Counted from the first letter of the stretch, positions 40,257-53,349 are shown. The stretch: 64,000 nucleotides of DNA from Blepharisma stoltei ATCC 30299 (GCA_965603825.1 CBFDEM010000023.1:1-64000), one strand, 5' to 3'. The notes: generated by a model from the letters alone, not told the origin. Numbers and translations: made by a program.

Positions 40257-41879
40257 TTATGATTCAAAACACTGCTTTTCGGCTATAGCGTATTGTATAA
40301 GACTTCGTGGTCTATGTACTATTTCTGCTAGCTTTGTAGCTCTCCTTTCTTTTGCAACTTTTCTTTTAGATTTTTTCTGCTTTTCTTCATCTTTTATATT
40401 GTGAATTCAATTAATAAGGTTTTCATTGATATTTAAACCTGTAATTTTGTACCAATTTCTTTTATTATTTATCGCAGCCTTTATAAGAGACTTAATTTCT
40501 GATTTATAGTTAAATAATTGAAACTTTGGCTTTTGAGGTTTTATGTCCCTGAAATTAATTTTATGACCTGTAAGAGCTCTCTCAATTTGCATTGAATGTT
40601 TTTCTATAATTAAAATCTCTTCTTTTTCCTTCATATACTGATAATAATATACAGTCTTAGTTGCATGCTCTTTCAGTATTTTTGTTAAAAATGGTTTTAG
40701 ATAGTATGTCTTAATGAGTTCTGGAATTTTAACTTTGACAGCAGGAGACATCTCCCCTATTGATTTTTTAGTTATTTTTTCTAGTTTTGATCATTGAAGA
40801 TTGAGAGCTTGCAATCTCGCGGAGTATATTTGGCTTAAAGACCTTATTTTCCTTTGTATATAGATAATCTTGGACTTTCAACTTTTCATCATCGCATACA
40901 TTGTTGTGCAGCACATATATCAATCTATTCACCCAATCAAGGCTTTATTAAATTTTTTCTTTCGTTTTTCTTTTCATTTTCTCACCAATAGAATCATTAT
41001 ATTTGATATTTTTAATAATGCTCTTTGAGATCGAAATTTTCTTAATTTTATTCTAAACTTTCCTATTGCAATTGACATTGACTTAAGCAGCTCGATCAAA
41101 TAAAGCACTTTAAGTTTCAAATATGTATGCTTTTGATATATTCTATTTCATAATCCTAAATTTCCAAAAACAGCCAGCAATGTTATTCAGCTTCGTTTAA
41201 TTTTTTCATAATCCCTCCTATTTTGTCTCAGCTCAAATCTGGTAAACTTTTCTTTCAGTTTATTTTCTTGCGTTTCATGTTTTGCAAGAGCAATTAATTC
41301 CTTTGTTCTTTTATGGAGCTGACTTTCAATTAATCTTTTCTGAGCTTTTTCTTTTAGCTGCTCTTTTTTTGCTACCGGGACATGCATTGACAGATCTCGA
41401 GAAGTTTTTATCCTCCTTTCAGCTTCCTTTTTTCTTTCCTCAGTGACATAGTTTACTTTTAAAATACTCAATTGGTGATCTTGTTTTGGGGATTCAAATC
41501 TTGGAGAGGACTCAAATATAAATCAAGGACCAGGAGTTGGAGTGACTGATCTGTAAAATCCTGGGCCTAAATCTTGCGTATTTTTATGCTTAATACTGTC
41601 TAAGACTGCTTTTGATAGTTGATTTGGTGCCTGACTTGAGCTTTTATTTACTTGTTTCGATATTGTTTTGCTTGCTGATTTTGAGATCTTTAGGTTGGAA
41701 TTTTTAGACGAAGGGGAAAATGAATTAGCGCGCTTTAAATCTTTTGAATTTGAAAATCCTGAAGTATTTTCTAATTTTCCTTTAGAAACTTTAGAGATCA
41801 GCTTTTCTTTCTTTGTATTTTTGTAATCTTCTAAAAGAGGAAGCTTTGGGGATAAATAAGTTCTGTCTGTGAGACTCAT
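40257..41879 (-). CDS. Hypothetical basic protein (~540 aa) with PGP-type and IQ-like motifs
   Basis: Three ORF fragments lie in one frame joined by TGA(W). LGPGFY..TPGPWF and IIYIQRKIRS. TAA at 40257-40259. Confidence 0.75.
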
Positions 41880-43265
41880 AAAGCAAATTAAAATATATAG
41901 CTTTTTAAATCTCAAGAGTCATGAAGCTTATTTCTGAAGTTAATAGCAAAAATTTAATTATGGCATAGCACTGTATTTCTTGAGTTGCGAAAATTGAGCA
42001 TTATTGATATTTAAATAATTGAATTTACTAATTATTTATTTAATCTCAACTAAAATATTTCAGCCCGTATCCATCTTACTGCAAGCTTCGGGCTCACCTG
42101 ATGTCAAATCACTTCCTTCCTTGCCGACGTCAAAAAACTGGTGATATCGGCAATTTCTTTGAGGCACTCACCTGAAAACGCTTGAATCAACTCTGCGATA
42201 GAGGATTCTTTTAGCCTTTTAGTGCTCAGGACATGAGGAAATCGTCATATTTCTAGACAACACTGGCTTCATAGGCATAAAGCCTTGCAGAAGACTTTGG
42301 GCCTTAGGCTTTTCATTTGTGGGACAAAAAAAAAAACCCTGTTATGGGGTCCCAACAAGGCGAAAACTCTCCCCAGACCTCCTAAAGAATTTTATCCACC
42401 TGCTGAGGGCCGATTCAACTCTCCGTCACTCCAGAACTTAAGTTCAACTCACCATTCCTTAAAAAGTGCAAGAATAAGTCATAATAAATTTTAAAAAATA
42501 CGAGCTCAATTATTTTAAATTTAACAGAGCTAAAAAGTGAGGCATTTTTCTTAATCAAAGTTAATAAAATTAGAAATCATTATTAAAAAAGCTAATTTAT
42601 TTTAAATACAATTTTAAAAGTTATTATCATTGGCTATTTTTAAATGCTTTAATTTCCAAATTTCTATCTTTTTAAACTCCTTGTATTTAATCAATACCAT
42701 AATAATAAATCTTTAAGCTAACCATTTTGATTTTTAGGCATAGAAACATTTGTTGCTTATGAATTTAAATTAGAGTTTCAAGCAAGCTCTTGAGCACACA
42801 ATCAGGCTAATAAAATATAAAAAATAAGAATTTTAATCTTTAAATCCTGCCAAATCAAAAGCAGAGTTTCATTATCATTTTCTTCAAGAGAAAATAAGTC
42901 TCCATGTATTACCAAATGAAATTATTTTCAGATTTTTCTTATTTCTTTTGCTAGATCTCATTTTTAGTACTATTTCCTGCGATTAAGAAATTCTTATAAA
43001 TCTTTCAATTTCCTTTAAATAAAACTTTAGAGTCCAGTTTTTTGGTTTTTATATGAGGAAGTTTTGGTTTAAATAAACTCTTCCTGCAACGCTCATAAAC
43101 CAAATTAAAACAATACTTTTTTGTTTCCCAGACATTAAGAGTTTATTCGCAAATCTTAGATTCTTTCTAATATTTAGATATCGCAATTATTCATGATTTA
43201 TTTAATGTCAGTGCAAATAATTTTTGTTCCTTCGGATGCAGTATAAAGATGATTTAATTCTAGAA

Positions 43266-44003
43266 ATGGCGATGCTGCACCTTACAGTCTTTAAACTAGA
43301 TCATCGAGTCTTCTGAGCTATTTTTTGGATTCTCCATTTATTTTTAATTGCATGTATGATTGGGATTCTCTGCTCCCAAAATTGAGTGAAATCTGAATCA
43401 TCCTTAACACCATTCGAAGGGAGCTTAAGTAAAGTAACAAATGGATACGATAAAATTGACGAAGATTCTTATACATCTTTATCAGACAGCTACTGTACCA
43501 AATCTCACAACTCTTCTGATAGCTTTTGCAAAACATTTGAAGATCTTTCAGCTGCATATACAGTTTATTTGGTTTTTGAAGTAATTGGGATGATATGCAT
43601 TCTTATATGAGCAATTATTCTTGGGTGTTTTATTTTTAATATAAATTGTTTTCCTTGTACATTTTGCTGCTCAACTTGTGCATTAGCAAGCCATTATATC
43701 GCTTTATTTGGTTGAATAGTAATTTCAAAAGCAAATTTTGAAGGAGACTGCACGGATTCGATGAATGAACAGCCAAATAGCAAGAGGCCACACTTATGTG
43801 TGAGTGAGGGGCCTAAACTTAGCTTATTTCTGGCAATTTTTATTCCAATTGTGGTTATTTCATTTGTTGTAATTGGTGCAACGGCTTTATATAAAAAATC
43901 TAACCAAGGATTAGAAGAGTCAGAGAAACCCCCAGCGGTTGATTTATCGGATATTAGTTTCAAAATAAATAATGACCCAGATCAGTACGATAATGCTATT
44001 TAA
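43266..44003 (+). CDS. Claudin/PMP22-like four-TM protein (245 aa)
   Basis: TM1 followed by NW(TGA)...FEGSL...C...C loop, then three more hydrophobic helices and a short acidic tail. Confidence 0.7.
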
Positions 44004-45047
44004 AATTCAAAATTTTACATTTTTCCATTAAGACAACTTAATTCATTAAATGAAAACTATCCAAAATAATGGAAACTATAATTAGGAATAGCTTAAGAAG
44101 AAGATTTTTAAGCAGATACATAAATTAATTAATAAATAAGGTATAATTAAATTAATAATGAATGAGATAAAATTCTTGTCAAAATCAATGATTTGATTGC
44201 ATGCTAATTTCTGCTTCGATTTATCTCCTACTAGTGATCCTCAAAATCTTGGCAATGTCCATTTCAAAATGATATATGCAAGGCAAGAAAAACTACAAAT
44301 TAAAATGTATTTTTTGAAGTAAATCATCAGAGGCTTCTCACAGAACGCCATTATTAAGAAATTGCACAAAGATTGGACACACTAATAAAGAAAGAAACAG
44401 CAATGAAATATGTGAGACTTTCCAAAGTATTATAGAGGGGAAACTGACTATTTGTTTGTAGGCATTGCATTATTGGCTTCGCTTTGGTGCGAATGGCTTT
44501 AAACGCTATAGATACTTTCTGAAAAGATAGCAGACTTTTTTATTTCAGAATCTCTCTAAATTTTTCATTTAAAAGTTTTTTATAATTGATGGGATCAGCG
44601 AGTTGCATAACTTCTGTAATTTGGCAAGCAAAATGTTGTTATTTTAAAATCTGGCATGAACATGAAATTACGCTTCCATATCAGAAAAATATGGAAATCA
44701 AATTTTAAACGCTATGTAGCTAATATATCAGGTACTCTGTTTCTCAACTCTAGAATTTAAAGCATATTAGAAAAATTAATTACGATTAGCAAGTGTGCGA
44801 GTATTTTTGTAAAATGAAACGAAATCCAGCGTTTTTCTCAACATTATTTATTACCATAAAAAATTTGCTTGCAAAAATTCTGTATTACTAGGATATAAAA
44901 TAAAAGTATTTTTATTATTAAAATTCAGCATCTTGTTTTTGGAGATGGATTCATGTTTAATCGGCCATTTATAGATTTTCATTAAATATTTATTGCTTAT
45001 CTTTATTATAGGAAAGATTATATTGGATTGAGATTAAGCTTATATGT

Positions 45048-45884
45048 TTAAGTCAGAATTTCAAGTAAGTTGTTGAAAACGAAATCAGGCCGATAAGAAT
45101 ATTGCAAATAAGACTCTGAATCTTCAACTCCAGTCAAAACAAGAGCAGAGCTTACATTGCAAATTTTTGTCAAAAGAATGTCATTCTTCATTGTGTCTCC
45201 AAATACAATTATTTTTGAAATATCTAAGTTATCTCTCTCAATTACATTTTTTAATACTATAGGATTCGGCTTTCCTGCGTTTATAAAATTTTTAGCTCCT
45301 GATGAAGCCAATAGTGCATCGACTGTACAAGCTGAGCATGGAAGCATAAATCTTCCTAATCTTCAATTGCAATCATAATTTGAAGTAGCAATTTGTGCAC
45401 CTAATTGAACGCATCTAGATGCATAAGCAATATCGTGATAATTTAAGTCACCTGTATCAGAGACAGCAACAATCTTGATTTCATTATCAACCGAAATATG
45501 AGAATAATCAACATTAGATGCATATAGAGAATTTGCTGGTATCACTTGAAAACCAAGTTCAGAAAGTTCTTCATCAACCCCTTTTGGGCCAAGAGTGAGC
45601 ACTTTTGAGTTTGCCTGACAATTAGTCTTCACCCATAGGGCTAAATTAAAAGCTCCAACTATGAGGTTTTCAAGCTTTGGAAAGATTCCTATACTTTCGA
45701 ATATCTCTTTAAATTTAGTCCGAGAAAGCTCGCAATTGTTGGAAATAAAATAAACTTCTTTTCCCATTCTTTGAAGCCTGCTAATAAGCTCGACAGATCC
45801 TGGCAACTCCTTGAAATTTTCGAAAACTACTCCATCAATGTCAAAGAAGAAATAATCAAACCTATGCAGTTCAGTCAAAATCAT
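45048..45884 (-). CDS. HAD-IIA phosphatase (phosphoglycolate/pyridoxal/4-nitrophenyl phosphatase-like)
   Basis: FFDIDGV, ISNN, GKP, GDTMKNDI, LVLTG motifs. One in-frame TGA at 45363. Confidence 0.9.
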
Positions 45885-46542
45885 AATATATTAGGAATGA
45901 GAATCTATAATTATTAATTAAAAAGGGATTTAAGAAAGTGTGCAAGCAATGATAAATTAAAGGAAGATGCTGGATTAAAATTAAATGCCGTGATGAAAAG
46001 ATGAACGTTAATGATCTAATAAAAATAAAAACTATACCAAAATATCAAGATGCAAGATAAAGCGCCTAAAAAGAAGGCAATAAGAGCAGTACATAAGTGG
46101 AGAGATCTAATTATTATGGCCTACCCTGAGATAATAATCTAAAACAATAATTTAATCTTCTCTCTTAATATTTAAGCTTGATTGATTGGCTGAAGATTTC
46201 AAATTATCAAGTCTAAAAATATTTTATATAAAAATTTTTCACTTCACAGTAAAAGGAGTGAATCATCTATAATGAGATATTATTCCGTAAATAACAGTTA
46301 AATTTATAATGATTCTTAAATCAGATTTAAAATTGATTATTTGATTTAAGTAAGTGTTTCAATTAAACTATTGTATGCATACGATCTTTAAATGTAAGCC
46401 TAACCTTTATATCCTTAGTGTAAAGCTTCTATTATAATAAGAATGGTAAAGGCCAGCTTTCCTAGACCAAAGCTTAGTAATTTAATTCCCATTTTTACGC
46501 AACCTTAAAATTCTAAACTACGAACCTTAAATAATTTAATAC

Positions 46543-47994
46543 CTAGGAAACGACACTATAAATTTTTGAGAGCGCAATCAACATGTGTACCACAATGATT
46601 GCTAACGAAACAATCCTAGGTGTATAAGGGAAGTCATAAATCGATTTCGTTTCTATCATTTCTCTTGCACCAATACACATAAAAGGAATTGCAACTGAAA
46701 CCAAGAGTATTAAAATTATCCCAGCAATCGAAAGAATGTTTCCCTAAATAGAGCTTACCAAATTATACTCAAAAAACGCTATAAGCAGTGGTATAAGGCA
46801 GCAGGCAAGCTTAGTGCCATATTCCCCTATTGTTGATTTGGAAAGGCCGATTGATGATATGATATTGTGGGCAATAGGAATTGCGAGAAGAGGAAATGAT
46901 GATAAAATTCCAAGCGCAGGAGATAGGACAAGAAAGTAAGCAATGATGTAAGTCCACCATGGTCTTTCTTCTTGTGAAAAGCCAGCTGAATAGTTTCTAA
47001 AGCTGATGTTGTACTGTCCATGAACATTTGGGACTACTAAAGGAACAAAGATTCCCATCGCTATGTAGATAATGAGGGATGCAATCAAAGCGCGTTTTAG
47101 TACTTTCTTAATTCCAAGCTTTTCTTTGAAGCCCTCTATAACACTTGGCAACGAAGGCTGATAAATTGTAGCTAAAAGAATGATCGGCAGACTTGTGCCA
47201 ATATTATACACATCCGCCATAATGAAATCTGAGCCTTCTCTAGGCTCATCACTATCCACCATCGTCCCTGCTGCAAGGCTTATAATGCAAAGACTTGACA
47301 CCACCACAATGTTTAGCATCGAAATATAAGCTATTATTGACTGGACGATTTTCTGCTCAGAGATTTCAACCAACGTTAAATATATCGATATCCCTGAAAA
47401 AATAGCCAAATAAAACCAATATGTATTTTTGCATTCATTAAAGAATCCTTCATACTGATAAATATCACACGAATTTACGATCCCAATATCAATGTTTGAA
47501 GCCAAAGAGCTTGAAAATACGACTCCATAGCTGGCTAAAGCTAAAATTGAGACTGTAACAATAAGAACAAGATAAACAGTTTGCCAGTGTTTCCCAAAAA
47601 TCAAATCAACAATTTCGCTGATATCAATTCTTCTCTTTGTGATGTCTGGGGTAATGTCTTCATAACTCAGAATTTTCCGATTTAAATCAGACTTGACTTG
47701 GTTTGTGCCAAAAAGAAGAATTTTTAAGCTTGGCCTTGCGATATTTTGGCCTCTTTCTTTAAGCTGAAGAAGAGCTTCACATCGGCTCATAACTTCAATG
47801 AGCTGACAAGACCAGACATATCCTAAAATGCAGCATATAATTGTGTAAGATCCTGAAATTAGCCAGCCACTTAATCTAAAAGCGTAAGGGACACTTAAAA
47901 GACCTGCACCTATTATAAGGTTTATTGTAAAAAGAAACCCTGCATTTGAACTCATATCTTGGGTCGATTGAGATTGCTTTTCTTCTGTTGACAT
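46543..47994 (-). CDS. Amino-acid transporter (Aa_trans, TMEM104/SLC38-like), one 15-nt intron
   Basis: FTINLIIGAGLLSVPYAF..SGW and ~11 TM. Intron at 46744-46758. Last exon ends in TAG at 46543. Confidence 0.88.
46744..46758 (-). other. 15-nt intron GTAAGCTCTATTTAG
   Basis: Removal deletes an in-frame TAG and restores two further TM helices. Confidence 0.85.
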
Positions 47995-48140
47995 CTAGTA
48001 ACTATAAATGGAAAAATTAATTCAACAGCTCTTTTTTTTAAGTTCGCAAGCCCCAATCTGACTTATAGGCATAACAAATGCTATTACAATAATTCTTAAA
48101 AATATAAATCAATTAGTTCAAAGAAACTTAAAGTAAAAAG

Positions 48141-48980
48141 ATGGACGTCGATCGATATGATGTATTCATCTTTGACTGTGACGGAGTCTTATGAAAAGGC
48201 CCCTCTTCAATTGCCGGAAGCTTTGAGTCCTTACAAAGACTCCATTCTTTAGGCAAAAAGCTTTATTTTTTAACGAATAACTCAAGCAAAACTCCAGAAG
48301 ATCTACTATCACAATTAGGCTCATATGGATATCAAGCATCTCCAAGCCAAATTTATTGTTCAGGCATATCAACAGCGCTCTACCTCAAAATAAACCACCC
48401 TGATATAAAAAAACTTTACTTGATTGGCTCAGACCAATTTCGATCAATGCTATTACGATATGATTTTGAAATAATTCATCATTTGGATATAGAGCCAGCG
48501 CTTCTAGCAGCCCCTGAAGATATTACAAGGTTTGCTGAAAATACCCCAGTTGATGCTATAATTGTAGGGTGGGATGTCAGGTTTACTTATACAGCAGGTG
48601 CACTAGGGTCTGTCTATATTCAGAATGGAGCAAAGTTTATTGCATCTAATAGTGACGCTTATTTTCCAATGGGGAAAGGAAGAGATAGGCCAGGCTGTGG
48701 GGCTATCGTAGGGTTTTTGGAGATTGCAACAAATAAAAAGGCAGAAATTGTGGCAAAGCCTAAGACTTTTATTTTAGATATGATTATGGAAGAGAGCAAA
48801 GTCCCAAAAGAAAAGGTTGTCATGGTTGGAGACTCAATGGAAACAGATATTAGGATGGCTTTTAATGGAGGAATTGATTCAGTGCTGGTATTATCTGGCG
48901 CATCACAGAGAGAAGATTTACCAAGATATGAATTTTCGCCAACACATATTTATGAAAATTTAGGAGGAATATTTAATTAG
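48141..48980 (+). CDS. PGP: Phosphoglycolate phosphatase-like HAD-IIA (279 aa)
   Basis: MDVDRYDVFIFDCDGVLW(TGA)KG, LTNNS, PGCGA, KP, MVGDSMETDI, LVLSG. Confidence 0.9.
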
Positions 48981-49190
48981 AAATGGCTAAATGTGGGATA
49001 TTATGAAATAGAAAATTTTCTTACCACTAATCTTAAACTATCTTCTTATCTTATTCGCGACATAAGTGCATATTTTCAGAAGCTCTTAACATTATATATA
49101 TTTCGCGATTAAATTTCTTATTTAATCAAAAGCAATTATATAAATTATCTACCTTGCACGATTCCGTTTAAACTTTAATACAATATAAAT

Positions 49191-51038
49191 ATGATGGAAG
49201 TTAAAAAGGCCTTTGTAAAGAGATTAATTTTGCCTGATCAATCTCGGTTTTTCGAAAAAAACGCAGAATCGCAATACTTCCCAAAATTCCCCACAAAAGC
49301 CTTAAAATCCCGAAATAGTTCTATTATTAAATCCCCAGAACGTTCAAAAAGCGTCAAGCCAAAGCGTGAAATCCTAATTTCAAAATCTCGAGATAAATTA
49401 ATCCCAGACTCTTCCTCCATTCTAGAATCCATTAGTGACACAAGCATCCCTTTAGCCTTCCGGCGCTTCCATGAAGACAACTCTTTATCCCTCGGCAAGC
49501 CTGACTATTTCCTCATAAAGCACCGTGAAGTCCTTCTTTCACTTTTACAAATCCCAAAAATAGCAGAAAATATCGACAAAATCCTACTTCAAAAACTGAA
49601 GGACTTGACTGTAATTCCTGACAAATTGGCAATTATGATAAAATCGTTATTAACTGAAAATCCTCGAAATTATACAGAAAATGTTTTTAAAATAATGAAT
49701 GATGAAATCAAGGAAAACGAGCAAGAAATCAGCGGACTTAGAGAAAGCCTTGTTAAAGTAAATAAAGAAAAAAAGGAACTCGCAGAAATGCTAATTTCAA
49801 TTGAGACCCAGCAAAGTTTAAATGTAAGCGTAAGGTAGAAAGATATAAATAAATGCTTGTCACGGATAAGCTTATCACCTAGGGCAAGCCCAGGGCATTC
49901 TAAATCAAAAAGTCCAGGAAAAGCAACGAAGATGGAGTTTGAGAGGATCATTGAAAATGCAGCAATGAGCCAAGATATAGACAGCGTAAGGAAAAGATAG
50001 GGTCTCAAGCTAATTTCAGAAGAAATAAGAATTGCAATGCAAGCTGACTCTGTTTTAATTTTGGAGCCGAATGCCCAAAAAACGCAATTTGAAGGGCTGC
50101 TGAATGGAAAACTTATAAAAATCCCATCAAGAGGCACAGCCTTAAACATGGTTTTTCTATATGGGCTCTATAAAAGCGCCCGAGAAATTGATGAAGATTT
50201 CGATCAAAACTTGCCTGTAATTGTAGGGATGAAAATAAGGGCTTACCATATAGGTGCTATAAAAGATCATGATGGAATTCCTATAGCTCTCCTACTAGTG
50301 ACAAGAAAAAGACCTGAACTTTTATATGAAAAAGAGATCCAAAGCCTCTTATGCGTCCTTTCTCTATTTTTAACTAAGTTTTCTGCTATAAAAGAAACAA
50401 AAAGAAAGGAATCAATTATTCGGGCAGTTTTTGAGTCCTTTTACGAGCTGCTCAAAATGAGCTCAGTTGACGAATTCGCCAGTGTCATCGAAAAATACTT
50501 ACCCAGGATTATGAGCACAAATCGAGCTAACGTCCTGCTCTGTGACCACAAGCTAAACAAGCTTTACAGGAGATTTTCTAGTGAGTCTATTGAATATTAC
50601 CCAAGCCAAAAAGGGCTTGCTGGATTCTGTGCAAATTTTAAAAAGGTTCTGGTCTGTAATAACGTTTCTAACGAGAGCAGATTTTTGAAACAAATTGACG
50701 ACCCTGATGGAGAGTCAGTTCAAAACATCCTCACAATGCCTGTATACAAAGAAGAGATGAAAGGTCTGGCTGATCTTACGCTGCAAGTAATTGACAAAGA
50801 AAAGCAAGAAGACTTCAACGAAAGCGACGTAGAGTTGCTAAAAAACTACGGAAAAGTGATTTCGAAAGCTGTAGATGCCATGAAGACTCAAAGGCATATT
50901 ATAACGGTCCAGAGCATGCTGAAAAATTTAGAATCCACCATCAGTGATTTGGCAGTTGACAGCGATACAAGAGCGGCTGGGTATTTCAACATTCAACAGA
51001 CCATTGCGACTTTTAATAGCATGTTCAATAATAAATAA
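49191..51038 (+). CDS. Coiled-coil + C-terminal GAF domain protein, two 15-nt introns
   Basis: Introns at 49824-49838 and 49986-50000 join the ORFs. GAF motifs KGLAGF, SRF..QID, NILTMPV, LQVIDK and FNESD. Confidence 0.85.
49824..49838 (+). other. 15-nt intron GTAAGCGTAAGGTAG
   Basis: GT-AG, A at position 10, removes in-frame TAG. Confidence 0.8.
49986..50000 (+). other. 15-nt intron GTAAGGAAAAGATAG
   Basis: GT-AG, A at position 10, removes in-frame TAG. Confidence 0.8.
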
Positions 51039-51139
51039 TTTATTAATTTGTTCAACAAGTTAAAAGATTACCATTACGTCATAAAAATGGCGCATAAATA
51101 GTATAAGGACGAAAAATAGGCTTAATAGGATTTATATAA

Positions 51140-52018
51140 ATGAAATATCTATTGGCAATTTGTCTGTTTAAAGCTGTACTGGGCTGGTGGAGCACAGGCC
51201 ACATGATCGTAACCCAAATCGCCCAAATCGTGCTTCAGGCAGAGAACCCTCAAGTACTTAATATCGCCAACCAGATCCTCGAGCCTCTTTACGGGCCGAT
51301 GACCCATGGAATTTCAAATAGCTTTGTCGAAAGCGCCTGCTGGCCTGACGACATCAAAGTCTATGGGTTCCACGACTTCGACAGCTGGCACTTCACCAAC
51401 AAACCATATGATTACGATGGTTTTTTAAATATTACTGACTCAGGTGAAGATGTCATTTGGGCCCTTAATCAGTGCATGAGCACCCTTGGCCTCCTCAATT
51501 ACCAAACAGCAATTTTAGAGAATGCACTTGCAATGAGATTTTTGCTGCACTTTGTAGGGGATTATCATCAGCCTCTTCACGTGACCACCCTGTGGAGCCG
51601 GCAATTCCCTTCAGGCGACCAAGGCGGAAACTTGTTCAATATCACGTTTGATAAGACTGTCACCGAACTCCATGCACTTTGGGACTCAGTTATGGGAGAA
51701 TGGGAGGTTGACTTAGTCAGACCCCTAACCAGTGATGGATGGCATGACATCAATATGTGGGCTGAGTGGTGCATGGGCAATTACACACAGGAGGACCTGG
51801 CAGAGGAGCTTGCTGTATCAAATATAACTGACTGGGTGTATCCAACTTACCATTTAGGAGTAGATTATGCTTATCATGGGATTAAGCCACTTGAAAAACC
51901 ATCTGAGGAATACCTCAAAAAAGGATGGCAAATTGCTTTGAGGCAGCTTTCTCTTGGAGGACGTAGACTAGCGCAGTTGCTGATTAACTTGTTTGGGCAA
52001 GAAGAAACTCTAAGTTAA
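51140..52018 (+). CDS. Secreted S1/P1 nuclease 1
   Basis: Signal peptide, then WWSTGH, WPDD, WHF, HFVGDYHQPLH, GDQGGN, LHALWD. Confidence 0.95.
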   Translation: MKYLLAICLFKAVLGWWSTGHMIVTQIAQIVLQAENPQVLNIANQILEPLYGPMTHGISNSFVESACWPDDIKVYGFHDFDSWHFTNKPYDYDGFLNITDSGEDVIWALNQCMSTLGLLNYQTAILENALAMRFLLHFVGDYHQPLHVTTLWSRQFPSGDQGGNLFNITFDKTVTELHALWDSVMGEWEVDLVRPLTSDGWHDINMWAEWCMGNYTQEDLAEELAVSNITDWVYPTYHLGVDYAYHGIKPLEKPSEEYLKKGWQIALRQLSLGGRRLAQLLINLFGQEETLS

Positions 52019-52377
52019 GGGCATCATCAATTTATAGACAGCAATCAAATTAATTTTTGTTAGTTTGTGAGTATTAAATTTAATTTTTTATTAAATTTAC
52101 ACTTACGCTATACAAAAATTTTTTGCGAAAATTTACTTTTGAAACTCTTGGAAATGGAGATATTTAATTCTTAATTAAATTTTGAAAAAGCTAACCATCA
52201 ACCAGAGCAATCTGCTATTAACTTGCAGATTTTTTTGTCATTTAAATCAAGGCTCATTTTTGGAAATTTTTGATTTTTGGCAACTGAATTGACTATTTCG
52301 TCAAAGTTTAATTTTTGCACCAGCTCCAATATGTCATGCACAATGACTTCAGTGTAAATGGCCTGCATTGACTATAA

Positions 52378-53256
52378 ATGAAAAGCTTAGTAATTGTCTG
52401 CCTTCTTGAAGTCGTATTCGGCTGGTGGAGCACTGGGCACATGCTCGTAGCTCAAATCGCTCAAAATGTCCTCCAACAAGAAAACCCAGAGGTGCTTAGT
52501 ATTGCCAATCAAATCCTATCACCCCTTTATGGTCCTCTAACCCATGGTATTTCAAGCAGTTTCGTCGAAAGTGCTGTCTGGTGTGACGATATCAAGAGCT
52601 ACAACTTTGATGTTTACAACAACTGGCATTTCATTGACAAGCCTTACAATTATGATGGCTTCGCCAATGCTACAACATCTGGAGAAGATATTCTTTTTGC
52701 TCTCTCCAACAGCATATGGACCTTGCAAAGCCAAAATTACTCAGTTGCGATCTTGGAAACCTCGATTGCTTTGAGATATGTCCTTCACTTCATGGGAGAC
52801 TACCACCAGCCTCTTCACGTGACAAACTTCTGGAGCCGCAATTTTACCCAAGGTGATGAAGGTGGGAATTTATTCCCTATCACCTTCGATAATCAGATCA
52901 ATGAACTTCACGCTTTGTGGGACTCTTGCATGGGAGTGTGGGCAGATGACTTGCCTCGGCCTTTGAACAGTGACGGATGGTATAATCTCAATATGTGGGC
53001 CGAGTGGTGTACAGGTAACAATACGAAGCAGGACCTTGCCAGTGAGCTTGCTATTAAAGAGTTGTCCCTGTGGCAGTATGACACTTATCGTATAGCTATA
53101 GATTATGCATATTACGGCATCAAGCCAAATGAAAAGCCATCAGAAGAGTACCTCAAGCGAGGGTGGAAAATCGTATTAAAACAACTGGCACTCGGCGGGT
53201 ACAGGCTAGCAAATCTGTTAATCAGTTTATTTGGGCAGACATCAGCCCTAAGTTAG
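52378..53256 (+). CDS. Secreted S1/P1 nuclease 2 (tandem paralog)
   Basis: Same length (292 aa) and same motifs as 51140-52018. Confidence 0.95.
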   Translation: MKSLVIVCLLEVVFGWWSTGHMLVAQIAQNVLQQENPEVLSIANQILSPLYGPLTHGISSSFVESAVWCDDIKSYNFDVYNNWHFIDKPYNYDGFANATTSGEDILFALSNSIWTLQSQNYSVAILETSIALRYVLHFMGDYHQPLHVTNFWSRNFTQGDEGGNLFPITFDNQINELHALWDSCMGVWADDLPRPLNSDGWYNLNMWAEWCTGNNTKQDLASELAIKELSLWQYDTYRIAIDYAYYGIKPNEKPSEEYLKRGWKIVLKQLALGGYRLANLLISLFGQTSALS

Positions 53257-53349
53257 TTCATCTTTAATTTTATTAACCATATTTTATTTGTTCACCTTTT
53301 CCCTTTTAAAATTCCTTTTAATTATTTATTTCAATTATTTTTGGCTCGG

